This document shows, piece by piece, positions 37,844-47,651 of a stretch of DNA of 57,610 bases; within the stretch, counting starts at the first letter, position 1, and every line of letters begins with the position of its first letter. Both the position numbers and the translations under genes were made by a program. The stretch covers positions 1 through 57,610 of the forward strand of contig SKKL01000048.1 in the NCBI GenBank assembly GCA_007121465.1. The letters are read 5' to 3'. The notes below the pieces were generated by a model. That model worked only from the letters and a program-made list of their open reading frames with translations, had not been told where the DNA came from and did no database searches. The stretch is from Acidimicrobiales bacterium. GTDB lineage: Bacteria; Actinomycetota; Acidimicrobiia; Acidimicrobiales; SKKL01.

Positions 37844-37971
37844 CGTCCCGACGCCCCCTCCTCTCGCACCTGCATTCGTGCCCGGTGTGCCATTCGTCTC
37901 ACGCGCCCGGGTTGACTTGATAAGGTCGGCGCCCGATCAGCAGCAGGGTGGCGAGGGGAGCGTGGGCACAC

Positions 37972-38793
37972 ATGACGGACACATCGGCCACGACCGCCAT
38001 GACAGCGCTCGGCGTGAGCAACGTCGAGGTCGTCTACAACGAGGTGGTCCTGGTCCTGCGGGGGGTGAGCCTCACGGTCCCCGAAGGTCAGATCGTGGCT
38101 CTGCTCGGCGCGAACGGTGCGGGGAAGACCACCCTGCTGCGGGCCATCACCGGGCTGCTCGACGTGCACCACGGACGGGTCACGAAGGGATCGGTCAGTC
38201 TCTCGGGGGCTGACATCACCCGCGCCGATCCAGCCAAGCGGGTCAAGGCCGGCCTCGCCCAGGTGATGGAGGGCCGACGGATCTTCGCCGAGCTCACCGT
38301 CGACGAGAACCTGCGCACGGGCGCGATGAGTCGCCGCAACCGCGAGGCCTTCGACGACAACCGCGCCCGGGTCCTCGAGATGTTCCCCCTCCTCGCCGGC
38401 CGACTCCGGTCCACCGCCGGCTACCTCTCCGGGGGCGAGCAGCAGATGCTGGCGATCGGCCGGGCTCTCATGGCCTCGCCCGACGTCCTGCTCCTCGACG
38501 AGCCGAGCCTCGGTCTCGCTCCCCGCATCGTCGATCAGATCCGCGACATCATCGTCCAGGTCAACGAGTCGGGCACCAGTGTCTTGTTGGTCGAACAGAA
38601 CGCCAACATGGCCCTGCAGGCCGCTCACCACGGTTACGTGCTCGAGCACGGCCGCATCGTCAAGGACGGCCCCGGCCAGGATCTGTTGGCCGACAAGGAC
38701 ATCCGTGAGTTCTACCTCGGCATGGGCGAGTCGGGTCGGCGCTCGTTCCGTGACGTGAAGACCTACCGTCGGAGGAAGTCGTGGGGATCGTGA
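37972..38793 (+). CDS. ABC transporter ATP-binding protein, LivF-like
   Basis: ATG at 37972 with GAGGGGAG about 11 nt upstream. Walker A GANGAGKTTLL, VMEGRRIFAELTVDENL, signature LSGGEQQML and Walker B LLLDEPSLGLAP. Confidence 0.9.
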   Translation: MTDTSATTAMTALGVSNVEVVYNEVVLVLRGVSLTVPEGQIVALLGANGAGKTTLLRAITGLLDVHHGRVTKGSVSLSGADITRADPAKRVKAGLAQVMEGRRIFAELTVDENLRTGAMSRRNREAFDDNRARVLEMFPLLAGRLRSTAGYLSGGEQQMLAIGRALMASPDVLLLDEPSLGLAPRIVDQIRDIIVQVNESGTSVLLVEQNANMALQAAHHGYVLEHGRIVKDGPGQDLLADKDIREFYLGMGESGRRSFRDVKTYRRRKSWGS

Positions 38794-39593
38794 ACCCGCA
38801 GTCCGTCGCCGACACGTCGGACGAGACCGCGACCCTTCTCGAGGTCCGGGATCTCACGCTGCGCTTCGGTGGGGTCACCGCCCTGTCCGAGGTCAGCTTC
38901 GACGTCGACCGGGGCGAGCTGTTCGCGGTGATCGGCCCCAACGGTGCGGGCAAGACCTCGATCTTCAACTGCCTCTCCGCCGTGTACCGTCCCGAGAACG
39001 GCACGATCCACCTCGACGGAACCAGCCTGATCGGCATCAAGCCGAGCCGCACCGCCGAGCTCGGCATCGGTCGCACGTTCCAGAACCTCGGCCTGTTCGT
39101 CCACCTCAACGTGGTCGACAACCTCTTGCTCGGCCGCCACCACCTCATGCGCACGGGGTTCGTCGCGGGGATGGTGTGGAAGGGCAAGGCCAAGCGCGAG
39201 GAGCTCGAGCACCGGGCGGCGGTCGAGGAGATCATCGACCTCCTCGAGCTCACCCCCTACCGGAAGTCCCATGCCGGGTTGCTGCCCTATGGCGTCCAGA
39301 AGCGCATCGAGCTCGGACGGGCCCTGGCCATGGAGCCCAAGCTGTTGCTGCTCGACGAGCCGGTCGCCGGCATGAACCTCGAGGAGACCGAGGACATGGC
39401 CCGTTACATCCTCGAGATCCGCCGCCGCCTCGGGCTGTCGATGATCCTCGTCGAACACGACATGCACCTGGTCATGGACATCGCCGACCGGGTCATGGCC
39501 CTCGACTTCGGTCAGCGCCTCGCCCTCGGCACACCCGACGAGGTCCAGAACGACGAACGGGTGATCGAGGCCTACCTGGGAGGAAGCACATGA
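38781..39593 (+). CDS. ABC transporter ATP-binding protein, LivG-like
   Basis: Walker A GPNGAGKTSIFN, GIGRTFQNLGLF, Walker B LLLDEPVAGMN and the C-terminal EVQNDERVIEAYLG motif. An in-frame GTG at 38790 would give a GTGA overlap with the LivF-like stop and may be the true start. Confidence 0.9.
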   Translation: MGIVNPQSVADTSDETATLLEVRDLTLRFGGVTALSEVSFDVDRGELFAVIGPNGAGKTSIFNCLSAVYRPENGTIHLDGTSLIGIKPSRTAELGIGRTFQNLGLFVHLNVVDNLLLGRHHLMRTGFVAGMVWKGKAKREELEHRAAVEEIIDLLELTPYRKSHAGLLPYGVQKRIELGRALAMEPKLLLLDEPVAGMNLEETEDMARYILEIRRRLGLSMILVEHDMHLVMDIADRVMALDFGQRLALGTPDEVQNDERVIEAYLGGST

Positions 39594-41422
39594 GCGCGGT
39601 CGACACCGCACCGTTCGCGAGCCCCGCCTCGGGTGGGGTGGCCGAGACCCTTCCCGCCCATCTCCTCGGCCACGCGGCCGCCACCGGCGACCGCATAGCG
39701 ATGCGCAAGAAGCATCTCGGTCTCTGGCGCTCCTACACCTGGGACGAATACGCCGAGCGGGCCGCGGCGGTCGGGATCGGACTACGGGCCCTCGGGGTGG
39801 AACCCGGCGACCGGGTGGCGATCCACGCGAACAACCGCCCGGCGTGGATGATCGCCGACATGGGCGTCCAGGGCATCGGTGCCATCGCCGTGGGGGTCTA
39901 CCCGACGAGCCCGACCGCCGAGGTCGAGTACGTGCTCTCCCACTCCGGCTCGGTGGTTCTCATCGCCGAGGACGAGGAGCAGGTCGACAAGGTCCTCGCC
40001 GCCCGCTCCGACCTCCCAGACCTTCGAACGGTCGTCGTGAAGGACCCCCGCGGGGTCGATCTCTCCGACGACTGGATCATGACGATGGACGAGCTCGAAG
40101 CCCTCGGTGCGGGTCAGCGCCAGGACTTCGGGTCGGCGGTGGCCGCGCTGGACCCCAGCCAGTGCGCCATCATCGTCTACACCTCCGGCACCACCGGGCC
40201 ACCCAAAGGGGCGATGCTCAGCCACGACAACCTCATGGCGGCGGCTCGCGGGTCGGGCACCGAGTTCGAGGTCGGCCCCGACCAGGAGGTGCTGTCCTAC
40301 CTTCCGTTGTGCCACATCGCCGAGCGTCTGATCTCGGGCGTGAACGCCGTCACCCAGGGCTATGTCGTCAATTTCGGCGAGAGCACCGAGACCTTCGCCC
40401 AGGATCTTGCCGAGGTCCAGCCCACCTTCTTCGTCGGTGTGCCCCGGGTGTGGGAGAAGTTCATGGCCCTCATCCAGATCAAGATGGGCGACGCCGGGTG
40501 GATCAAGCGCAAGAACTACGACCTGTGGATGGGTGTCGGGGGACGCCTCGCCCGTAAGCGGTGGAGGGGCGAGAAGCTCCGTGGGGTCAACGGTCTCCTC
40601 TACTTCCTCGGCTGGGTGTTCCTCTTCCGCAGCCTGCGGCGCAAGCTCGGCCTGAGCCGGGTACGAGGTGCCCTGTCGGGGGCGGCGCCGGTGTCGCCCC
40701 AGGTGCTCGAGTACTTCTGGGCGATGGGCATCCCCATCCGCGAGGTCTACGGCCAGACCGAGAACACCGCACAGGGCACGATCATCCCCGCCGACGACGT
40801 GCGCATCGGCATGGTCGGCAAGGCGATGACCGGGGCCGAAGTGATCCTCGCCGACGACGGCGAGATCCTCACCCGCGGACCGGGCACCTTCCTCGGCTAC
40901 TTCCGCAACCCCGAGGCCACCGCCGAGACGGTCGATGCCGACGGCTGGCTCCACACCGGCGACGTCGGCGAGTTCGACGACGACGGCTTCCTGCGGATCA
41001 CCGACCGCAAGAAGGACATCATCATCACCGCGGGGGGCAAGAACATCAGCCCGTCGGAGATCGAGAACCGCTTGAAGACCAGTCCCTATGTCCGCGAGGC
41101 GGTGGTGATCGGCGACCAGCGCAAGTACCTCACCGCGCTGATCGGCATCGAGCTCGACACGGTCGGCGACTGGGCCACTCGCCGTCGCATCGCCTTCACC
41201 ACCTACGGCGATCTCTCGGCCAAGCCGGAGGTGAAAGAACTCGTCTCGGAGTGGGTCGAGAAGGTCAACACCGAGATGGCCCAGGTCGAGACGATCAAGG
41301 GTTTCGAGCTGTTGCCGAAGGAGCTCGACCAGGAGGACGGCGAGGTGACCGCCACCCAGAAGGTCAAGCGGCGGGCCATCGAGACCGAGTTCTCCGAGCT
41401 GATCGAGGGGATGTACCGATGA
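39590..41422 (+). CDS. AMP-dependent acyl-CoA synthetase/ligase (long-chain-fatty-acid-CoA-ligase-like)
   Basis: ATG at 39590 (ATGA overlap with the upstream stop) within ORF 39176..41422. AMP-binding motif YTSGTTGPPKGA (about 40178-40210), GWLHTGDVGEFDDDGFLRITDRKKD and ITAGGKNISP. About 610 aa. Confidence 0.9.
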   Translation: MSAVDTAPFASPASGGVAETLPAHLLGHAAATGDRIAMRKKHLGLWRSYTWDEYAERAAAVGIGLRALGVEPGDRVAIHANNRPAWMIADMGVQGIGAIAVGVYPTSPTAEVEYVLSHSGSVVLIAEDEEQVDKVLAARSDLPDLRTVVVKDPRGVDLSDDWIMTMDELEALGAGQRQDFGSAVAALDPSQCAIIVYTSGTTGPPKGAMLSHDNLMAAARGSGTEFEVGPDQEVLSYLPLCHIAERLISGVNAVTQGYVVNFGESTETFAQDLAEVQPTFFVGVPRVWEKFMALIQIKMGDAGWIKRKNYDLWMGVGGRLARKRWRGEKLRGVNGLLYFLGWVFLFRSLRRKLGLSRVRGALSGAAPVSPQVLEYFWAMGIPIREVYGQTENTAQGTIIPADDVRIGMVGKAMTGAEVILADDGEILTRGPGTFLGYFRNPEATAETVDADGWLHTGDVGEFDDDGFLRITDRKKDIIITAGGKNISPSEIENRLKTSPYVREAVVIGDQRKYLTALIGIELDTVGDWATRRRIAFTTYGDLSAKPEVKELVSEWVEKVNTEMAQVETIKGFELLPKELDQEDGEVTATQKVKRRAIETEFSELIEGMYR

Positions 41423-42351
41423 ACGCCCTCGCTCCGGTCCTCGCCTCGGTGTCGGGGACCGACTTCATCCAGAACCTGGTGAGCGGTCTCGCTCTCGGGT
41501 CCAAGTACGCGCTCATCGCCCTCGGGTTCGTCGTGGTGTTCCGAGCCACGGGCGTCATCAACTTCGCCAATGGCGCGTTCGTGCTGGTGGGCGCCTACAT
41601 GACCTACCAGTTCTTCCAGACCTGGGAGATCAACTTCTACCTCTCGATCCTGTTGGCCATGGCCTTCGGGTTCCTGTTGGGGGTCGTGCTCGAGGCCCTC
41701 GTGCTGCGGCGCCTGGTCGGCGAGGCTCCCTTCACCGTCATCATGGTGACCATCGGTCTGTTGTTCGTGATGGACAACGTGGTCACCGCGGTGTGGGGAG
41801 CGACCAACCTCGACCTGGGCGATCCGTGGACCGGAAACGTCGTCGAGGTCGGCGGCGTCCGGATGTCCCACCGAGACCTGTGGGCGATGGCCTTCACCGC
41901 CACCGTGCTCGCCGCGTTCCTCGCCTTCTTCCGTTTCTCCTCCATGGGGCTGGCGATGCGAGCAACCGCCGCCGATCCCGAGGCTGCGCTGGCCCAGGGC
42001 ATCAGCGCCCGTGCGGTCTACCGGGTGGCGTGGGGGATCGCCGGCCTGGTCGCCGCCCTCGCCGGGCTCACCTTCGCCACCGGCAACGCCAACATCCAGC
42101 CCACGCTCGGCCTCATCGCTCTCGCGGCCTTCCCGGCCATGATCCTCGGTGGCATGGACTCACCGCTCGGGGCGGTCATCGGCGGGATCATCATCGGTCT
42201 GGTCCAGCAGATGACCGAGTTGTATGCCTTCGAGTACCTCGAGTGGGCGGGGCGCAACCCCCAGACCGTGGCGCCCTATGTCGTGATGATCATCATCTTG
42301 CTGGTCCGACCCTATGGCCTGTTCGGCACACCTGAAGTGAGGAGGGTCTGA
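41419..42351 (+). CDS. Branched-chain-amino-acid-type ABC permease, LivH-like
   Basis: ATG at 41419 (ATGA overlap) within ORF 40561..42351. LALGSKYALIALGFVVVFRATGVINFANGAF is typical of LivH. Confidence 0.9.
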   Translation: MNALAPVLASVSGTDFIQNLVSGLALGSKYALIALGFVVVFRATGVINFANGAFVLVGAYMTYQFFQTWEINFYLSILLAMAFGFLLGVVLEALVLRRLVGEAPFTVIMVTIGLLFVMDNVVTAVWGATNLDLGDPWTGNVVEVGGVRMSHRDLWAMAFTATVLAAFLAFFRFSSMGLAMRATAADPEAALAQGISARAVYRVAWGIAGLVAALAGLTFATGNANIQPTLGLIALAAFPAMILGGMDSPLGAVIGGIIIGLVQQMTELYAFEYLEWAGRNPQTVAPYVVMIIILLVRPYGLFGTPEVRRV

Positions 42352-43493
42352 TGGCGGCGTTGCCCCTTCGCAGTGTTCCTGCCGGTGGTCGGCCATCGCG
42401 CCAGTTGGTCCTCGACTATCGCGACGACCTGCGCATCTTCCCCGATCGCTGGGCACGGTTCGGCTTGGTGGTGTTGGCCTTCCTCTACATCTGGCTTCCC
42501 ACCCAGGAGGTGAGCGACGCCGGACTCCGCACACTCTCGACCATCGCCATCGTGGCCATCGGGGCCATCGGACTCAACCTCCTCACCGGCTACACCGGCC
42601 AGGTCAGCCTCGGCCACGCGTTCTTCGTCGGGGTGGGCAGCTACTCCGCCGCCTACCTGGGTGCCGCGCAGGAGTGGCCGTTCCTGCTGTACATGCCCGC
42701 TGCAATCTTGCTCGGTGTGTTCCTCGGAGCGGTGATCGGGCCGTTCGCGTTGCGGCTGCGGGGCCACTACCTGGTCATCGTGACGCTCGGTCTGGTGTTC
42801 CTCGGGATGCACGTGTTCCGGAACTGGACCTCGGTCACCGGCGGCAACCGTGGCACCCAGATCCGGGGGGCCGACATGTCCATCGGCCCGCTCGACTTCT
42901 CCGGGCTCGAGCTGTTCGGCTCGACCTTCACCCGCGAGCAGAGCATGTTCTTCCTGGTGTGGGCCCTGTTGGCGCTCGCCGCGCTGTTGGCGAAGAACCT
43001 GGTGCGCAGTCGGATGGGCCGGGCCATGCAGGCGGTTCGCGACCGCGACCTCTCCGCGGAGATCATCGGCGTAGACCTCGCTCGCACCAAGGTGGGAGCG
43101 TTCGCGATCTCGAGCGGGTTCGCGGCGTGTGCCGGGGTGCTCAGCGGCCTGCAGATCCGTTTCGCCAGCCCCGACGACTTCGACCTGTTCCTGTCGATCG
43201 AGTACGTCGCCATCGTGATCATCGGTGGGGCCGGCACCATCTTCGGAGCCATCCTCGGAGCGTTCTTCGTGATCGGTGTCGAGGAGTTCATCAGCCACTA
43301 CAGCCGGTCGGAGTGGCTCGGACCCGTGGTGCGGACCGGTCCTGGTGACTCGGGCTTCTTCAGCGTCGGTGAGCTCAACGCCGTGCTGTTCGGTGGGTTC
43401 ATCGTCGTGTTCCTCCTCTTCGAGCCCCGCGGCCTGGCCGCGCTGTGGCTCCGAGCCAAGGCCTGGTTCCTCACCTGGCCCTTCTCCTACTAG
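42351..43493 (+). CDS. Branched-chain-amino-acid-type ABC permease, LivM-like
   Basis: 380-aa ORF with GLNLLTGYTGQVSLGHAFFVGVGSY, typical of LivM. 1-nt overlap with the LivH-like stop. Confidence 0.9.
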   Translation: MAALPLRSVPAGGRPSRQLVLDYRDDLRIFPDRWARFGLVVLAFLYIWLPTQEVSDAGLRTLSTIAIVAIGAIGLNLLTGYTGQVSLGHAFFVGVGSYSAAYLGAAQEWPFLLYMPAAILLGVFLGAVIGPFALRLRGHYLVIVTLGLVFLGMHVFRNWTSVTGGNRGTQIRGADMSIGPLDFSGLELFGSTFTREQSMFFLVWALLALAALLAKNLVRSRMGRAMQAVRDRDLSAEIIGVDLARTKVGAFAISSGFAACAGVLSGLQIRFASPDDFDLFLSIEYVAIVIIGGAGTIFGAILGAFFVIGVEEFISHYSRSEWLGPVVRTGPGDSGFFSVGELNAVLFGGFIVVFLLFEPRGLAALWLRAKAWFLTWPFSY

Positions 43494-43545
43494 CTCGTTT
43501 CAGGTCCCTACTGCCCAACACCATGAGAACCATGGAGGGAGAAAT

Positions 43546-44892
43546 ATGATGGACAAGCGATGGAGGCGGCTGCTGGCCGCATTCCTGGCATCGATGCTCC
43601 TGCTCGGTGCCTGCGGCGGACGCGACGACGACAACGACAACGGCGACGCCGCTCCCCCTGCCGACGACACCCCGACCGACACCGCCGACGATGACGACGA
43701 CGGGAACGACGACGAGCCGCCCGGCGACCCCGAGCCTGGCCCCGGATTCGACGGCGAGACGATTCGTCTCGGCGTGCTGACCCCCACCTCGGGAGTCGTG
43801 GCGATCATCGGTGAGCCCCTGACCGCCGGCAACCAGGCCTACTTCGACTATGTGAACGAGGAGCTGGGTGGCATCGCCGGCCAGTACCGCGTCGAGCTGG
43901 TGATCGAGGACACTGCCTACGATCCGTCGACCGCGACCCAGCGCTACGCCGCGGTTCGCGACGACGTCGTCGCGTTCGTGCAGATCCTCGGCACGCCGGT
44001 GGTGAACGCGCTGCTCGCCGACCTGATCGACGACGACCTCGTCGGCGGCCCGGCCACGCTCGACTCGGCGTGGGTGCGTCAGCCGAATCTCATGGCGATC
44101 GGCGGCCCGTACCAGACCCAGGCGTTCAACGCGATCGACTGGTGGTACAGCCAGGACGAGAACGAGGGCACGGTCCTGTGCACCCTCGCTTCCGACGACG
44201 AGTACGGCGACACCGGCGTCGAGGGCGTCGAGTTCGCAGCCGACAACCTCGGGATCGACATCGCCGTCCAGGCCGAGTTCCCGGCGCCGTCGCCCACCCG
44301 GGCGGCGCAGACCTTCGAGTCCCAGATCAGCCAGCTCCAGGGCGGTGGCTGCGAGGTGATCTTCTTCGTCGCCACCGCGAGCGACACCGGCCAGGTCGCG
44401 ACCGCTCTGTCGGAGAACACCGGCTACAACCCGACGGTGATCGGCCAGTCTCCGAGCTGGCTCGGACCCTTCGCCGGAATCCCCTACCTCCAGGAGAACT
44501 TCTACCTGGCGTCGGAGGGTGCGGAGTACGGTGACGAGTCGGTCCCTGGTATGGCGGAGCTGGTGCGCATCAAGGACACCTACGCTCCGGATCAGGCACC
44601 CGACCTGTACTTCAACTTCGGGTACCTGCAGGCCATGGCCATGACCCAGATCCTCGAGCAGGCCGTCGCCAACGGCGACCTCAGCCGTGAGGGGATCATC
44701 CAGGCCATGGCCGATGTCGACGAGCTCACCTTCGACGGACTGTCGGGCGACTACGGATACGGTCCGGCCGAGGATCGGGTGCCGCCGCTGGTCAGCTCGA
44801 TCTTCCGTCCCAACCCCGACGTCCCCATGGGTCTCGAGGCCGTCGAACGCGACTGGGAAGCTCCCTTCGCGGGCGACTACGTCTACGAGTAG
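43546..44892 (+). CDS. ABC transporter substrate-binding lipoprotein (Leu/Ile/Val-binding-protein fold family)
   Basis: ATG at 43546 with GGAGGGA 5 nt upstream, within ORF 43276..44892. Signal peptide plus lipobox MMDKRWRRLLAAFLASMLLLGAC, an acidic linker, then a periplasmic-binding-protein type I-like body (IRLGVLTPTSG...). Confidence 0.88.
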   Translation: MMDKRWRRLLAAFLASMLLLGACGGRDDDNDNGDAAPPADDTPTDTADDDDDGNDDEPPGDPEPGPGFDGETIRLGVLTPTSGVVAIIGEPLTAGNQAYFDYVNEELGGIAGQYRVELVIEDTAYDPSTATQRYAAVRDDVVAFVQILGTPVVNALLADLIDDDLVGGPATLDSAWVRQPNLMAIGGPYQTQAFNAIDWWYSQDENEGTVLCTLASDDEYGDTGVEGVEFAADNLGIDIAVQAEFPAPSPTRAAQTFESQISQLQGGGCEVIFFVATASDTGQVATALSENTGYNPTVIGQSPSWLGPFAGIPYLQENFYLASEGAEYGDESVPGMAELVRIKDTYAPDQAPDLYFNFGYLQAMAMTQILEQAVANGDLSREGIIQAMADVDELTFDGLSGDYGYGPAEDRVPPLVSSIFRPNPDVPMGLEAVERDWEAPFAGDYVYE

Positions 44893-44916
44893 TCCCCGCG
44901 GGGACTCGTGAACCGC

Positions 44917-44952
44917 AGGGGCGGAGCACCGGGACGCCGGAGCTCCGCCCCT
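44917..44952. terminator. GC-rich hairpin between convergent SBP and csoR genes
   Basis: AGGGGCGGAGC (44917-44927) pairs with GCTCCGCCCCT (44942-44952). After one A-A mismatch, four more pairs (CCGG/CCGG) leave a 4-nt loop. A 16-bp perfect palindrome AGTCCCCGCGGGGACT (44891-44906) lies just upstream. There is no clear U-tract. Confidence 0.45.
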
Positions 44953-44971
44953 CGTCGCGTCCGAGGGTGGG

Positions 44972-45256
44972 TCAGCTGCGGACGAGGCGTTCCACGGCGC
45001 GGAGCGCTTCGCTCACCATCTCGTCGGCCCGCTCGGTGTCCTCGCCGCGCGCCGCGTCGGCGACGCAGTGGCGGATGTGCTCGTCGAGGAGTCCGAGCCC
45101 GACGCCCTGCAGGGCGCGGGTGGCGGCACTCACCTGGGTGAGGACGTCGATGCAGTAGGTGTCCTCCTCGATCATCCGTTGGAGGCCCCGCACCTGTCCC
45201 TCGATGCGCCGGAGGCGCTTGAGGTAGTCGTCCTTCTCGATGGTGTAACCCCGCAC
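44972..45256 (-). CDS. csoR: Copper-sensing repressor, CsoR family
   Basis: 94-aa ORF with LKRLRRIEGQVRGLQRMIEEDTYCIDVLTQVSAATRAL...HIRHC, carrying the C-H-C copper-ligand pattern of CsoR. Divergent from a copper ATPase. Confidence 0.9.
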   Translation of the reverse strand: MRGYTIEKDDYLKRLRRIEGQVRGLQRMIEEDTYCIDVLTQVSAATRALQGVGLGLLDEHIRHCVADAARGEDTERADEMVSEALRAVERLVRS

Positions 45257-45297
45257 GTCGGGTGCTCCTGTCGTGGGTCGATGTTGTCCGGTTCTGG

Positions 45298-45314
45298 ATA
45301 CCCCTCTAGGGTAT
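45298..45314. promoter_or_regulatory. Candidate CsoR operator
   Basis: ATACCC-CTCTA-GGGTAT, a perfect 6-bp inverted repeat with a 5-bp spacer. It lies in the 74-bp csoR-copA divergent spacer, 17 bp before the copA ATG and just upstream of its AGGAGG. Characterised CsoR operators are TACCC...GGGTA-type GC-rich inverted repeats. Confidence 0.6.
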
Positions 45315-45330
45315 ATCCAGGAGGTGCGTC

Positions 45331-47568
45331 ATGACGACCACGACCCAACCCGGTCCCGAGTCCGACAGCGGTGCACTCGACATCGACGTCGAAGGCATGA
45401 CCTGTGGGTCATGTGCTGCCCGGGTGCAGCGGGCGCTCGAGCGTGAGGAGAACGTGGCCTCGGCCGACGTCAACTTCGCCACGGGTCGCGCCCACGTCGT
45501 GGCCACCGGGGCCATCGACCTCGAGCGACTGCACACCGCGGTCACCAAGGCCGGCTACCAGGTGGTCGAGCGAACACCCGATGCCCAGACGGCGGAGGGC
45601 GAGGACCCGGTGGTGGCCGCCCAACGCCGCCACGAGACCTACTGGGGCCGACGGGTCGCCTGGGTCCTCCCGGCCGCCCTCTTCATGGTCGGCATCATGG
45701 TCTACGAGGTCGCCGTCGACGACATGGTCATGCACGGCGATGGGGTGCGGTGGGCGATGCTCGCCGTCGCGACCCCCGTGCAGTTCTGGATCGGGTGGCC
45801 GTTCATCGCGGGAGCGATCCTGCGGCTGCGTCACCGCGGGGCCAACATGGACACCCTCATCGCCATGGGCACCCTCGCGGCCTACCTGTTCAGCGTGCGG
45901 GAGTTGGCGGTCGGCGGCCACGACCTCTACTTCGAGGCCGCGGTCGTCATCATCGCCTTCATCACTCTCGGGCGGTACCTGGAGGCCCGGGCCAAGGGTC
46001 GTGCCGGTCAGGCGATCCGAGCGCTGCTCGAACTGGGTGCCAAGGAGGCGCGAGTGGTGCGAGGCAGCGAGGAGATGCTCGTGCCTGTCGCCGAGGTGGC
46101 GATCGGCGACCTCGTCCGGGTGAGGCCAGGCGAGAAGATCCCTGTCGACGGGACCGTGGTCGAGGGCGCCAGCGCCGTCGACGAGTCGATGCTCACCGGC
46201 GAATCGGTTCCGGTGGACAAGGGGGTGGGTGCCCGGGTCGCGGGTGCCACGGTCAACACGTCGGGGGTACTCACCCTCGAGACCACCGCGGTCGGGGGCG
46301 AAACGGCCCTCGCCCAGATCGTGCGCCTGGTGGAGGACGCTCAGAGCGGCAAGGGCAACGCCCAACGGCTCGCCGACCGGATCGCCGCGGTCTTCGTGCC
46401 GACGGTGGTGCTCATCGCCGTCGCCGCCTTCGGCTTCTGGGGGGTGGTGCGAGGCGACCTCGCCCAGGGGGTCACCGCCTCGGTGGCGGTGCTCATCATC
46501 GCGTGCCCGTGCGCGCTGGGCCTGGCGACACCGATGGCGATCATGGTGGGAACCGGCCGCGGCGCTCAGCTCGGAATCCTCATCAAGTCGGTCGAGGTGC
46601 TCGAACAGACCCGCCGCATCACCACTGTCGTCTTCGACAAGACCGGCACCCTGACCCAGGGTCAGATGCTCCTCACCGACGTCGTGGCGGCTGCGGGCGT
46701 CTCCGAGGACGACGTGCTGCGAGTCGCCGGGGGAGCCGAGGCCGACAGCGGTCACCCGATCGGAGTGGCCATCGCCTCTGGCGCCCGGGAGCGGGTCGGT
46801 GACCTGCCCCGAGCCGAGGGCCTGGTGGCGCTGGTGGGGCTCGGCGTGCGGGCCCGGGTCGAGGATCGCGACGTCCTCGTCGGCCGACGCTCACTCCTGC
46901 GGGACGAGCAGATCGAGCTGCCCTCGGAGCTCGTCGCCGCGGCCGACCGGCTCGAGGCGGACGGCCGTACCGCGGTGCTCGTCGCCTGGGACGGAGTCGC
47001 CCGGGGTGTGGTCGCGGTGGCCGATACCGTGGCTGACGAGGCGGCCGAGGTGGTGGCATCACTGCGGCGTCTGGACCTCGACGTGGCGATGATCACCGGC
47101 GACAACCGGCGTACCGCCGAGGCCATCGCCTCCGCGGTCGGGATCGATCGCGTCCTCGCCGAGGTCATGCCCGAGGACAAAGCGGCCGAGGTCGAGCGCC
47201 TCCAGGCCGAGGGCCACGTCGTGGCCATGGTGGGCGACGGGGTCAACGACGCCCCGGCGCTCGTGCGAGCCGACCTCGGAATCGCCATCGGCTCGGGCAC
47301 CGACGTGGCGATCGAGTCGTCGGACATCACCCTGTTGCGTAGCGACCTGGCGGGGGTCGTCCGAGCGATCGAGCTCTCCCGCCGCACCCACCGGACCGTG
47401 GTGCAGAACCTGTTCTGGGCGTTCGTCTACAACACCTCGGCGATTCCCATCGCCGCCGCCGGGCTCCTCAATCCGATGATCGCCGGAGCGGCCATGGCCT
47501 TTTCGTCGGTGAGCGTGGTGCTCAACTCGCTGCGGCTCCGTCGGTTCGGGTCGTCGGACCGACACTGA
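45331..47568 (+). CDS. copA: Copper-translocating P1B-type ATPase
   Basis: 745-aa ORF with an N-terminal HMA domain ([11 protein letters not shown]), TGES, the transmembrane CPC motif ([13 protein letters not shown]), DKTGTLT and [10 protein letters not shown]. Confidence 0.93.
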   Translation: MTTTTQPGPESDSGALDIDVEGMTCGSCAARVQRALEREENVASADVNFATGRAHVVATGAIDLERLHTAVTKAGYQVVERTPDAQTAEGEDPVVAAQRRHETYWGRRVAWVLPAALFMVGIMVYEVAVDDMVMHGDGVRWAMLAVATPVQFWIGWPFIAGAILRLRHRGANMDTLIAMGTLAAYLFSVRELAVGGHDLYFEAAVVIIAFITLGRYLEARAKGRAGQAIRALLELGAKEARVVRGSEEMLVPVAEVAIGDLVRVRPGEKIPVDGTVVEGASAVDESMLTGESVPVDKGVGARVAGATVNTSGVLTLETTAVGGETALAQIVRLVEDAQSGKGNAQRLADRIAAVFVPTVVLIAVAAFGFWGVVRGDLAQGVTASVAVLIIACPCALGLATPMAIMVGTGRGAQLGILIKSVEVLEQTRRITTVVFDKTGTLTQGQMLLTDVVAAAGVSEDDVLRVAGGAEADSGHPIGVAIASGARERVGDLPRAEGLVALVGLGVRARVEDRDVLVGRRSLLRDEQIELPSELVAAADRLEADGRTAVLVAWDGVARGVVAVADTVADEAAEVVASLRRLDLDVAMITGDNRRTAEAIASAVGIDRVLAEVMPEDKAAEVERLQAEGHVVAMVGDGVNDAPALVRADLGIAIGSGTDVAIESSDITLLRSDLAGVVRAIELSRRTHRTVVQNLFWAFVYNTSAIPIAAAGLLNPMIAGAAMAFSSVSVVLNSLRLRRFGSSDRH

Positions 47569-47605
47569 CGGTTCAGGCCGGAAGGTCCTCCCCCGCCGAA
47601 AAGGG

Positions 47606-47651
47606 ACAGAGACCGGGCCCTGCTGCTCGAGAAGCAGGGCCCGGTCTCTGT
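47606..47651 (+). terminator. 19-bp perfect hairpin downstream of copA
   Basis: ACAGAGACCGGGCCCTGCT (47606-47624) pairs with AGCAGGGCCCGGTCTCTGT (47633-47651) across an 8-nt loop. It starts 38 nt after the copA stop. The U-tract is weak or absent (followed by GGGTGAATCC). Confidence 0.6.

Noticed and set aside
37880-37915. Direct repeat CATTCGT twice and a TTGACT hexamer upstream of the LivF-like gene, considered as an internal promoter or operator.
   Set aside because: The motifs are short and there is no convincing -10 hexamer at proper spacing. The ACAD and ABC genes may simply be co-transcribed. The evidence is insufficient.
44891-44906. 16-bp perfect palindrome AGTCCCCGCGGGGACT overlapping the SBP stop codon, considered as a protein-binding site.
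   Set aside because: It sits at the 3' end of a convergent gene pair, next to a second strong hairpin. It is most simply part of a bidirectional terminator region, and no related copy occurs elsewhere in the window.
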